Shown: positions 1 through 11,193 of the stretch, piece after piece
Numbering within the stretch: the stretch's first letter is position 1
Layout: every line of letters starts with the position of its first letter
Source of the DNA: Nymphaea colorata
Lineage: Eukaryota
Direction of reading: 5' to 3'
Length of the DNA stretch: 64,000 bases
NCBI RefSeq assembly: GCF_008831285.2
Contig: NC_045138.2
Coordinates: 43,276,001-43,340,000, forward strand
Position numbers and translations under genes: made by a program
Notes under the pieces: generated by a model
Databases searched by the model: none
Seen by the model: only the letters and a program-made list of their open reading frames with translations
Told to the model about the DNA's origin: nothing

Positions 1-1596
1 TCTTTCTCGGGAGACTTGGGATTTGGTAGACCCCCCACCACGCTGTGATGTGGTTGGCTCACGATGGGTATTCACCATCAAGTATCATTCTGATGGGTCA
101 GTTGAAAGGTTCAAGGCCCGTCTTGTCGCAAAAGGGTATACTCAGACTTATGGTGTTGACTTCTTTGAGACCTTTTCGCCTGTGGCTCGGTTGGGCACTA
201 TTCGCTTGATTATCTCTCTTGCTGTCCAACGAGAGTGGCCTCTTTTTCAATTGGATGTAAAAAATTCCTTTCTGTATGGAGACCTTTCTGAAATCGTTTA
301 TATGCAGCAACTACCTGGTTTTGAGCGACAAGGGGAGTGTTCCAAGGTATGCAAGTTAAAGAAGGCTATTTATGGACTCAAACAGAGTCCCCGTGCATGG
401 TTCCAAAAGCTTACTGAAGTGTTATCTAAGTGTGGATTTCGCGGATCCCAGCTTGATCACTCATTGTTTATCAAGCGAGGCTCAGCAGGACTTGTGATAT
501 TGATTGTCTACGTGGATGATATTGTTCTTACAGGGGAAAATGATCAAGAGATAGCTCAAACAAAGGAGTTTTTACAGCAACACTTTGTTACGAAAGACCT
601 TGGACAACTTCGTTATTTTCTTGGTATTGAGGTGACTCATAGTAATAAAGGAGTTGTAGTGTCTCAAAGGAAATATGTTCTTGATCTTCTACAGGAAACG
701 GGACTATTGGGGGCTAAACCTGCCACACTTCCCATGAATCCTCGCATTCATATACATGATGATGACTCAGAGCCGTTTGACTCTAGATCTTACAGATCTC
801 TGATAGGGAAACTGTTATATTTGACTGTCACTCGTCCCGAAAAGTTCACTGGGATGCAGCTCTAATGATTGTAAGATACTTGAAATCAGCCCCGGGAAAG
901 GGGCTATGGTTCAAGAAAGGAGAAAGTGTTGACATCGAGGCGTATAGTGATGCTGATTATGTTGGATCTGTAGATGACAAGAAGACTACTACCGGTTTTT
1001 GTGTCTTTGTGGGCAGTAATCTTATTTCCTGAAGGAGCAAGAAGCAGAATGTTGTGGCTCGTTCTAGTGCTGAGTCGGAATATAGGGCTATGGCTCAAAC
1101 TGCGGCTGAAATGTCATGGGTTAGATCACTACTTGTAGAGTTGGGTGTCTTAGTGAATCTCCCAATGAAGATGTATTGTGACAACAAGGCAGCTACATAT
1201 ATCGCTAACAATCCTGTCCTGAGAGGACTAAACACATTGAAGTGGATTGCCACTATATTCGGGACTTAGTTCAAGGAGGAATTGTTAGCACTATTCATGT
1301 CTCCTCAGAAGATCAGGCAGCAGATATTCTCACTAAAGCTCTTCCCATAGGCGATTTCCTGAGATGTTGTAACAAGCTGAGCATGATTGATATATATGCT
1401 CCAGCTTGAGGGGGAGTGTTAAAGATACAAAAAGGGGTTTTTTGAAATATTAGGAAGTTAGGGAGGATCTCTTTAAATGTTTTGTTATTTTTAGTGGACT
1501 TCTCTTGTAATTTTCCCTAACCCTAATCTCTTAATAGAGATTAGGGTCACGTAATGAACTTCAACTTTTTGCCGCCTCTCTCTCTCTCTCGCAACA
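1..1596 (+). mobile_element. Ty1/copia LTR retrotransposon, family A copy A1: 3' part only (RT, RNase H, PPT, 180-bp 3' LTR 1417-1596), disrupted
   Basis: ORF 23-865 has copia RT motifs (KARLVAKG, LYGLKQSPRAW-like, YVDD). RNase H (SSAESEYRA, CDNKAA) follows. The PPT GAGGGGGAG precedes a TG...CA LTR similar to the LTRs at 51323 and 61348. There is a 49-bp deletion near 840, an in-frame TGA near 1030 and a frameshift near 1220. Confidence 0.95.
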
Positions 1597-2161
1597 GATA
1601 TCAAAATCTTGATTTGTTTTCTAAAAAGTTTGCATCTGCCGCAACAATTTTATATCTATCCTCTTTTGGAACTTGTTGAGCTGATTTGACAAGGTAGAAC
1701 AGGCAAGATTTTCACCTTGTGGAACTTAACATCAGCCTTGGTTTGATTTAAGTCAGAGCAAGAACCTGTTTAGACCTGGTTTAAACCCAAACCAAAACTG
1801 GGTGATTTCAGGTTCAGACTAGAACTGAACTGAAGCAGGGGCATGGATATGAATTCAGAGATAACAAAGCATTTGCCAAACAAAATGAAGAAAAATGGAG
1901 TTGTTTTACGGTTTTACCAACCCCAACCTGTGTCCTGTTTAATTTTAAAGTCTGCCAGAGCTGGGTATATTTTAAATGGAATTATACTAAGCAAGTTATG
2001 ATCTGATGTATCTTGTCATTTTTTCTGACTTTGGTTTCTTGTAAATTAAAAGCTAGTCTGATCAGGCTATATCAGGATTCAATTGGTTTACTTTGTGTGT
2101 ATTGAGGAGTCTCACACCACTAACCAAATGGTTAGCACTTAGTAGTAAAGCAACTTTTGAC

Positions 2162-2290
2162 CTATGTAACACCGACACCCCAGTTTGGGGGGAGTACCCA
2201 TATCGACACGAGTCGACACAGGTACTGGTATTGGGTACCGTGGACATGGCCCAGACACGGCAGTGACCATGTTGGGTGCAGTCAATGCAC
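2162..2290 (+). mobile_element. Probable left end of a hAT-type non-autonomous element
   Basis: It starts CTATGTAACAC, close to the CTATGTCACAC TIR of the MITE at 6213, and continues with GACACG-type subterminal motifs. No partner end or TSD was identified. Confidence 0.4.
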
Positions 2291-2610
2291 CCAAGGCCAT
2301 GTCCATCATTTTTTTGAACCCGGTCAAAATTGACCAAGTCCAATTTTGTTTTACACTGGGTTTTTTTGTTTTAATCCTATCATGTATATATGTGACTGTT
2401 GTTGTCCTTATATTTTCATTGAATTCCTGATAGTATAAGTCTACAACAAGGTGCTGCAGTCATCATCCTATGATTCTATTTGATACAATGTGCATTAGTT
2501 TCTTCTTCATAATTTACACTTTACAGGTTATGGATCATGATTGTATTACTTAGATTGTTTAAAATCTTACTTTTTTGTGTATATATATTATATATATATG
2601 CTGGTTGTCC

Positions 2611-2612
<2 letters not shown>

Positions 2613-2672
<60 letters not shown>
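2613..2672. repeat. (AT)n microsatellite
   Basis: Uninterrupted AT dinucleotide run of about 30 units. Confidence 0.95.
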
Positions 2673-2674
<2 letters not shown>

Positions 2675-3776
2675 TCGATTGAATCTCCATGTTTCCTAGA
2701 TGTTCTAACTAGCAATGGCAAGCACTAAAATATAGATGTGCTTGCAATATATCATATCAATGAGTGGCATGCTACATGTAAATAAGCATTCTCCGATGAT
2801 ACGGATATATAAATAAAATCTGGGAATATGATGTGTAAGAGTGGATGTGCCTTTGAAAATATAATTGTTGGTAACGCTAGTTTGTTATGCACATGCACAT
2901 ACAATTGGGTATGACATGAATCAGAGCTGGTTAGATTGAAGCAGGAAATAATGCACGTAAATGTAAGTCTCAAGGATGAGATATTATCTCCAGTACAAGG
3001 CATTGCGGGTTAATCATGCATTGCAAAAGAATAAAATATAGTGAAAGGTTTAACAATCACCTCATTTAAATACATAGCATAACCATTGTAACATGCAAAT
3101 GCCATATCATGCAAACTGGAGATGATCATATTTGTTATACTTCTTGTTTGGAAGTATGCATATTGCTATGTTACTTGTACAAGTAAGTCATGTCTCATCC
3201 TAGACTTGGCTAAAATAGGTCAAGGGTGTACTCATGGTACAAGAACTTCACAGTTCTCACCGTGTGCAGGGAAATTTCAGGTAATGATGTTCAACGGAGA
3301 CAAGATAAGGAAACATGACTGCATGCCAAGACAGCAGACTTGAAACTTGGTATTGGCCTGATGAATGTCCTTCTTCTAGATATGGATTTTGGATGTTTCA
3401 AATTTAAACGTCATTGTGGCAAGAGATCTAAACTCTGGTTCATTTGAATAAAGTAAATGATTGTTTTGTTTTTCAACAACTCTCGCAAACCTGTATCTAA
3501 TGCTCTTTCACTATGCGTGTAAAGAAGAAGATTAATTTATCAAAACATTTTAGGGTTATTACAACTGAAGGGAAAAAAAAAAGCAATAAAATGAATAAAA
3601 AACATAAGGAACAAAAGACAATAAATATAATGCATGATCCATCCTCCAGGCAAGCATGAGAAGAAGTCAGAAATATCCATCTATTTGATGGTCTGGTGAC
3701 AATTCTGCATAGGATGTCCATCTATATGGTTTTCTAGTAAGAACCTTTGAAACTAAAAGGCATAAAAGTGGCTTAC

Positions 3777-3845
3777 GCTCAGTAGGTCGTGATTTAAGGG
3801 GTATATGTGTTCCTAAATTTCTTTTTGCAGGTATGCCGCTTACAT
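3777..3845 (-). CDS. PUS3: tRNA pseudouridine(38/39) synthase, exon 6 of those visible (DVSGIPAKRNLGTHIPLKSRPTE)
   Basis: TTTCAG acceptor and GTAAG donor, 69 bp, phase 1-1. It is in frame with the previous exon across a 100-bp intron. The H-x-P-L-x-S-R-P-T-E motif resembles the Pus3/Deg1 C-terminal region. Confidence 0.85.
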
Positions 3846-3945
3846 CTGAAAGGGAATGCCAACAGTTAGCTTGCTCTTATGATAAAAAGGATCCTGAATC
3901 AGGAATATTTATGCATCAATAAATATTAGGAACATATTTACTCAC

Positions 3946-4047
3946 CAGGGATGGACAAAGTCGTTAGTGCTTCTTGAAATATTGCAGCTTGTAGAAGATG
4001 CGCCAGAAACATATCCCTTAATTGCTCAACCAATGCTTGTCTTGCAC
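3946..4047 (-). CDS. PUS3: tRNA pseudouridine(38/39) synthase, exon 5 visible (SARQALVEQLRDMFLAHLLQAAIFQEALTTLSIP)
   Basis: CTTTTTCAG acceptor and GTGAG donor, 102 bp, phase 1-1. Only one frame is open and it matches both neighbouring exons. Confidence 0.85.
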
Positions 4048-4350
4048 CTGAAAAAGAGGCTCCTCTTAGCAGAGAGTGATAGAAGGTGGAAACTATAGGA
4101 CAAATTTCCAAAAGACACTGTACAAAGTTGTTCTTTACAAGCAAATAGGAACTATCCAGCCAGCCAATATCAATTTATGCCAAGTTAATGTATGCATCTT
4201 TAAGCCTAAGATTCAGCTAGTTTCAAAATTAATTCTTCTTTCTTTCTCCTTCTTCAGCCACCAGCTACAATGGGCTTAATTAAATTTCGATCCCTCAAGC
4301 CGGCATTAATGACACTTTGTTTTTCCTCACCACTTGTCTTTGTATGCATA

Positions 4351-4357
<7 letters not shown>

Positions 4358-4392
<35 letters not shown>
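4358..4392. repeat. (GA)n microsatellite
   Basis: Pure GA run preceded by a short (TG)n. Confidence 0.9.
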
Positions 4393-4394
<2 letters not shown>

Positions 4395-5469
4395 TAACAT
4401 TCTATGTATTGACTATAACATCAAGAAAAATAATATAAATCTTGACAATAATGTCAAAAGAATAGAACACAAAATGCATCAATCACCTGCATGCTGTTCT
4501 GAGTTTTCCACTTTTTTCATTGTTGTTATTTGTTTTTCGTTAAGTTATTTTATCTTTTTTTTCTTCTTTATTTCGTTAAGTTATTTAATCTTTTTTTTCT
4601 TCTTTATTTCATTAAGTTGTTATAATGTTATTCATTAACCCATTTCAGTATTTCTGTTCTGTCCAAGCCATGCTTTTTCTGTTGAGGAATGCAGTTCTTA
4701 GTTATATATCAGTTATTAGTTAATTCCACATAACTTTTTTGCTTTACAGTTTCACTTTTTAATTTACCAAACGCTGGTTTTGGTTTTTGTTTTACAATTA
4801 TCAATCTATCATCGCTTGCTGCTTATCTAGCAGCCGTGCAATACACTGTCTGCTCATGTAGGAAACTAGGTAGACTGGAAAAGGATAAGATGATGTATGG
4901 CCGCATCTTGAGTATTTGACATACTTTTAAAGTTTTATGAATATTTACATATTAAAACGTATTATCTATAGAATCCGCACCCGCACTGAAATTTTTTTGG
5001 GATTTGCCGCATCCCACACCTACAACTGCACCCCGCACTCAAGTGATAGATAAAAATTGATCACAAACATAATGAATATTCATGATTCATTATTCATAAC
5101 CCATAATATTTTGACAGCACATTAAAAAATAAAACAAACAAGTTCATAAAATAAATGGAAACATATGATAAACTTTACAAAACAATAGAAATATACTTAA
5201 AACTTGAAATTGACATATTGTATACTTTTTGTAGAAGAAGAAACACAAAATCTTGCTTTTTAACTCACACTGTGTGTGTGTGTGTGTGTCCTTACCCCAA
5301 GCATTTTAAGAGCATACATGTCTGCATCCACACTCATGTGACATAGGAGATGATAAAGCTAATGGAGAAAATGACAATAGTTGGTCAACCAGTTTGTCAT
5401 GATGTAGTAAAATATTCATGTTATAAACTACTAAAACAGAAGCTAAATCTCAATCTAAGAGCAACATAC

Positions 5470-5593
5470 TTCTTGAACAAACAAAATTGAGGTCTTCAAA
5501 ATCACAACATTGAAGAACTAATGGGAGCTCAGATGCCATCGCATATTGTGGTTTCCTGGGAGTCTCACGAATGTCAAGTAATGCATCAATCAC
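5470..5593 (-). CDS. PUS3: tRNA pseudouridine(38/39) synthase, exon 4 visible (VIDALLDIRETPRKPQYAMASELPLVLQCCDFEDLNFVCSR)
   Basis: TGCAG acceptor and GTATG donor, 124 bp, phase 0-1. The PRKPQY-x-MA-x-E-x-PLVL motif is characteristic of Pus3/Deg1. Confidence 0.92.
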
Positions 5594-6212
5594 CTGCATC
5601 AAGTGGAAACACCCATATCCCTTTCTGTAAGATGCCTTCAGAAAACAGCAAACACAGATATTGATGATATCAGCTCAACATAAAATAATATGATGTGACA
5701 GGCTTTCTAAATAGCTTCCTACAATAAAATAACAAAAGCAAGTAGAAGAGAAGGAAAAATAAAAAAACCTAACGTTCTCTCTTAGTTTTTCTTTCTCCCT
5801 CCAAATCCAAACTCTCCTCCTCTAACTTAACCAAGTGAGTATCTGTAACGCTCCAATGTCATACACAACTAAACACAAAAAGGAAATAGATGCAAAGTTT
5901 TTCATTTTTTGTGTATAGCAAAAGCAGAACAATCACACACCTATGTAGTTGCCGTAGGCCCGATCTGTCTATTGCCTACGGATAACTTGCCTATGCAATT
6001 AGCATACAACATGATCTGTCCTAGTAGTTAATGTTGCTAATGAAAAACACCTATTAATAAAAAAAAATTACTCTATATATGTCGGAAAGCGACGACTCTC
6101 AACTCTCAAGTCTTAGTCACAAACAACAAAGTTGTACAAGTATGTGCAAACAAAAGTACATAGGGAAAAAGCATATGACATTCTCGCATTTTTTTCCTAG
6201 CAATCTTCCATC

Positions 6213-6596
6213 CTATGTCACACGGACACGGCAAAATAGCCCATGTATCCGTGTCGACACGTGGACACGGGGATATGGGTGCGGACACGGCTAGGACACG
6301 ACAAAAAATAAAAGTCATTAATTTAATGTTTTTTTTTCATTTTATCAATTTTTTATGATGCATCCAATTATTTCCATGAACAATCCTTTCAGATATTCAG
6401 TACTTTTGTGATAAAACACATTTTCTAACAAGATTGTAAGAGTGAACTATTAATTTAATGTGTTTTTTTTATCTTATCATTTTTTATAATATTTAATGTA
6501 GCTGTGTCCGGGTATCCAAAAAATTTGAAAATTGCCGTATCTGCACCCGTATCCCCGTATCCGCACCTGTATCGCATCCGCACCCGTGTGACATAG
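6213..6596. mobile_element. hAT-superfamily MITE, 384 bp
   Basis: TIRs CTATGTCACACGG / CCGTGTGACATAG, perfect 8-bp TSD CTTCCATC (6205-6212 and 6597-6604), GACACG/CCGTAT subterminal repeats and an AT-rich core. Confidence 0.92.
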
Positions 6597-7829
6597 CTTC
6601 CATCCCTTCTGCCGCCCAATCATCAAGCATCATCTGTCACATAGTAAGAACCTAATGAAGGCAGGTAGTCATTGCATCAGCACAATCACTGAGTACAATG
6701 AAAATCATAACAACATTTCTAATATATCACTCGAATGTAAATTTTATGTATTGTATTGTATTGATTGTTAAAATAATACTTAGTGAGTACCATTACTGGA
6801 AGCAAGCTCACTCGAGCATTGGTGAGTTGTAATTCAAAAGGTTCACTAAGTTTTGGTTTACCAACATCTTCAGCATTCCAATGAATCATGCACAATTTGT
6901 GTTGCACGAAAACCAATCATATCGGTGACAAAAAGAAAGCAGATAAATGAACAAATAAATAAATAAACAGACAATTTAGAATCTCATGAATTTTTATGAT
7001 GCATACACACACACCCGCCTAAGTAAAATCACATGATGCCACCCAACTTATGGTCCCAAACACTGAGTCACCGGGAATATTGACATAGTTTGAGGTAACC
7101 ACTACTGTGACTCACATTTCATTGAGCTCAACTGCGTTACTGCAGTAACTGCATCACACACACGTTGCCTTCCGATGGGGACAGGCTGGTCTAAGTAGCC
7201 CAGGGAAGGAGCAGTTTATCAATCCCTGCATTCATGGAAAGTTCCGCTCACCCAACCTGGCCCGTTTTATGTTTTACAGTTGGGTTCGCCAATTAACAGT
7301 CGCAACATGTGCCGATCTGGAAATTTTTAATTCCGGTATATTGTGCTGCTCTCGGACTTTCGCCTCATACCATCAACCGTAAAATATAAAACCGGCCCCA
7401 GACCGTTGCCCACATCATCATGATAACTCAGGCCATGAGCAAACATTTGCGTAAAGTAAATAAACAACCATCATGTACAATCAATTTAATGCATGACCAT
7501 ACTTCTACATCTATCATCACTACGTTGCTTGCATTATCAAATATGCTCATTTCAGAGCTAAAGCACAAGTTCATCATTAAACAACTCACTCTTGAAACTC
7601 AATATCGAGCCAGTATCACCAACATAGCTCGCGTTCCCTAGTTGAGGTTGAGTGTGGCACGTGCTTCCAGAAACAGATACAACTAAATAACATGTGTGTA
7701 TGCATGAATATGTATTCAAAGAATCAAACTGAACTTAATTAACTTCAGCCATTTGCTTAAACTTGCAACTTGGTTCAAGCCTGCTAAATGTAAACTTTGC
7801 TAGTCTATTTTCTTATCGACTAAGGGCGT

Positions 7830-9190
7830 GGGAGGAGAGAGAAGCTCTGCTTAGGGCTTGATGAGGATAAGAAGATGTTCATCTAGGACATCCCCCCCTT
7901 CCCCCGCGAATGCCGAGGGGATGGAGGCAAGGATGGATCTTATGATCGCGCCTTTCCTGATTTGGGGAGGTCTACTAGAGAGACCGAAATGGAAGGTGAA
8001 GTGTGTGAGAACTCCCATAGGCACAAATTGGAAGAAGTTTGAGGAAAAGCTCTGATGCATCAGTTGAAAGAGGAACGTATAGCGCTGGGAAGGAAGGGGC
8101 ATACTGTGGGAAGCGGTTGCAGTAAAGAGGGATGAAAGGGGGGAAGAATGCTAGTTATGGCTAGGTAGAGGAAAAGAAGGTCGAGGATATTGGGAATTGG
8201 CAGAGTAATCCTTTTTTCAATATTAAAGAGAGAATTGTAGAGCATTGTTGAGCAAGAAGGCCCATTTGGGGTTCATGTTCACAGTTGGGTCCAAAAACTC
8301 CTTCCCGGCAAAGGAGATGGAAGGCGCCATGCTTATGAAGAAAGGGGCTAACCATGTATCGGTTATTGAAGGCAGTCAAGTGGAGATTTAGATGAAAGGA
8401 AGAAGTGGACTAGGAAGTTTATAAGGTTTGCTAGCAAGGGGAAGAAAGGTAGGCCTCCTTTAACGCTGATTAATTTGGAAGATGCCCTTGCTAACAGATG
8501 CAATAGTTCCAAAAAGAAGAAAATGTGAATGAGAGTGTGAATCATGTTGTGACTGATCTTCCTCAAGACGAGGAAAATGGAGGGAAAGAAAATGTCATGA
8601 CCCTTGGGACATAGTATTGTTGGTGGAGAGGTACTGAATATTTCTAATCATGAAAATCTTTAGTTGGAATATTAGCGGTCTTGCTAAGATTAAGAAGCTT
8701 GCCCAACAGGAATTGAGTCTTCTTTTCAAGAAGTTTAATCTCCCAATTCGTTTTGCTCTTGACTCGATGATTACCACTCAGAAGATGAACGTAGTAATGG
8801 AGAGATATCACAGTTATAGATATGTGTCTAATGTGGATTCGTTTTGCTCTTGACTCGATGATTACCACTCAGAAGATGAACGTAATAATGGAGAGATATC
8901 ACAATTATAGATATGTGTCTAATGTGGAGGATCTGGATGGTGTAGTTAGAGTCTTATGCTTGTGGAAAGAGGAGGAGGTGGAAGCTTCTTATGTGATTGC
9001 TAATCAGAAATGGGTTGGTGTCTCCTTTCGTAGACTAGTGGACAATAAAGTTTTTGTCGTGTTTGGTGTTTACCTGCCGCCGAGGTTTGGGGAAAGGTTG
9101 CAAAGTTTTTACCAGCTAGAGGTTTTCATGTCTAGAGTTGAAGGATCAGTGCTGATTATTGGCGATTTTAATGCCATGTTGAGCAGCACT
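7830..9190 (+). mobile_element. LINE (L1-like) fragment: degenerate ORF1 region and start of the ORF2 AP-endonuclease
   Basis: ORF 8650 starts MKIFSWNISGL and ORF 8822-9202 contains VFGVYLP...IIGDFNA, both LINE endonuclease motifs. A 91-bp tandem duplication frameshifts it. The 5' boundary is approximate. Confidence 0.8.
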
Positions 9191-9949
9191 AACTTGTACT
9201 GATGCAGATTGGGCAAGTGATCCAGACGATAGACGATCAGTTTCCGGTTATTGTCTCTTCCTTAATTCCAATCTTATTTGTTGGCGTAGCAGGAAACAGC
9301 GTGCAGTTGCCAGATCTAACACTGAGGCAGAATATAAGGCAATGGCTGCAGGCACAGCTGAAGTTTCATGGTTACGTCATATGCTTGGGGAACTCTCTCT
9401 TCCCATTGCTCAATCATCTCTATTTTGTGACAACCAAAGCCCGATCAAGATTGCTTTCGATTCTGTTCTACATAATCGCACTAAGCGTATAGAGATTGAT
9501 AAACACTTCATTCGTCAAAAGGTTGCGAAAGACGAGATTGTTCCCACTTATATAGCCACATCTCAACAAGTGGCTGATCTTTTTAACAAGGGACTCACAG
9601 GCACCATTTCTGGGAATTGAAGAACAAGTTGTGCATGATCAAACCCCATGCGCAACTTGAGGGGAGCTGTTAAGTTTATTTGATATGGATCGGGTCACCC
9701 AAACCCGATCCATTTGATCCACATGCCCACACATCATGGGCGATGGCGTACTTGTAATTCTTAATGTTGTTTTCTGCATTTTGTTTTGTACCCTAAATTG
9801 TGATTAGTATATAATGATAACTAGAGGCAGACGTCAAAGTTGCTGCCCTCTTTCTTCTCTCTTGCTTGCACGTGCAGCCAATTTCTCTCTTCTTCTTCTT
9901 GCATTTGACTTCATCTGGTGGTTTGGTATTAGATATCAGAAATCTTACA
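9191..9949 (+). mobile_element. Ty1/copia 3' remnant (RNase H, PPT, LTR 9668-9949), related to family C
   Basis: DADWA...DRRS and CDNQS...RTKRIEID...QVADLF motifs. The purine tract GAGGGGAG precedes a TGTTAAG...CTTACA LTR of about 282 bp, which resembles the solo LTR at 27651. Confidence 0.85.
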
Positions 9950-11193
9950 GCGTCCGATCTAAATGTGTCCCATTTTTTGGAATTATTGTTATATACATTT
10001 TAGCATTTTATTCTAGATGCTTCTTCAGTTGTTCTTGAATCTACTATAAAAGTTTCAAAGTTCAACTAACAAATATATATTGTCAATCGTGTACTGGTAT
10101 ACATATGCAGCCGTGCATATATACTTTGCAACTGATATAGTGATATATTATCATGTTATAAACTTATAATATATAATATAAGCTTTTTCATATATGCATT
10201 ATGCAGCCGACCAGCTGTGATTAGTGTTGTTCTTTTGAAGTCTTAATTTCAAATTTTCAATTTCTACTTCTATGATTCTATCAATTTTTTATGTTTTATG
10301 TTAGACTGTTAGTATGTCATATTACTAAATTACTATATATAAACTATTATATATAATATACGATGTTTTGATATTTTCCTATGCAATACAATTATGCAAG
10401 TTTGTTATATACATTAATAACTAAATTGTAATAATAATATACACATGCTTATTCTGTTATATATATAATAAATTAATAATAATAATAATAAAATACCCTC
10501 GCCGCACCACCGCACCTAAATTTTTTGGGATGTGCCGCTCTGGCACCCGCACCCCACGCTCATGTGACATAGGTGAGCGAACAACAAACCACAAACCACC
10601 AAAGAGAGAGAGAGAGAGGGATGACAAGGAGAGGCTGTTGTGCATGGCTTGAGGGAGAGAGCGAGAGATAGGGTTTTGATATATGAGAGGGTTTAAGTAA
10701 AAAGGGTTCGACCTTTCCACCTTCTAAAGTCTTATAAATTTCTACACTTTGCTTTATTACAAAATAGGCCCAAACTTTTAAGAACTCGCCCATATAGAAA
10801 CAGCTTTTATTTCATTAAACTTTTCTTGAAGAGGCAAAAAGGCTTAAATTTATTATTATTTAAGCATAGACTAAATTATTTACTCTCATTTTTATCATTA
10901 GCAAAACATTACCTTTTATCATTTAGTCTACTTATTTTCATGTTTTCTTATTAGTTTGTTATTTAATTCATTTTAGAATTTTTTTTAATTATATTTAAAT
11001 TCATGAGATTTTCCTGAGATTTTTAAGAGACACAACTTTCCTGGAAAGCACCCAGTAAGCATCTTGTTAAAAACCTGAACGACATTTGTGACTATGTATT
11101 AAATATAAGATTCAGACAAACATGACACAAAAGTGAAGTCATTCAATGGAGATGGAACTTGAAGTTTTGAATAATCACAAACCTAAATATCAA

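Noticed and set aside
7000..7700. Sequence resembling a gypsy LTR fragment; similarly 63244-64000
   Set aside because: No termini, TSD or second copy in the window to anchor a call.
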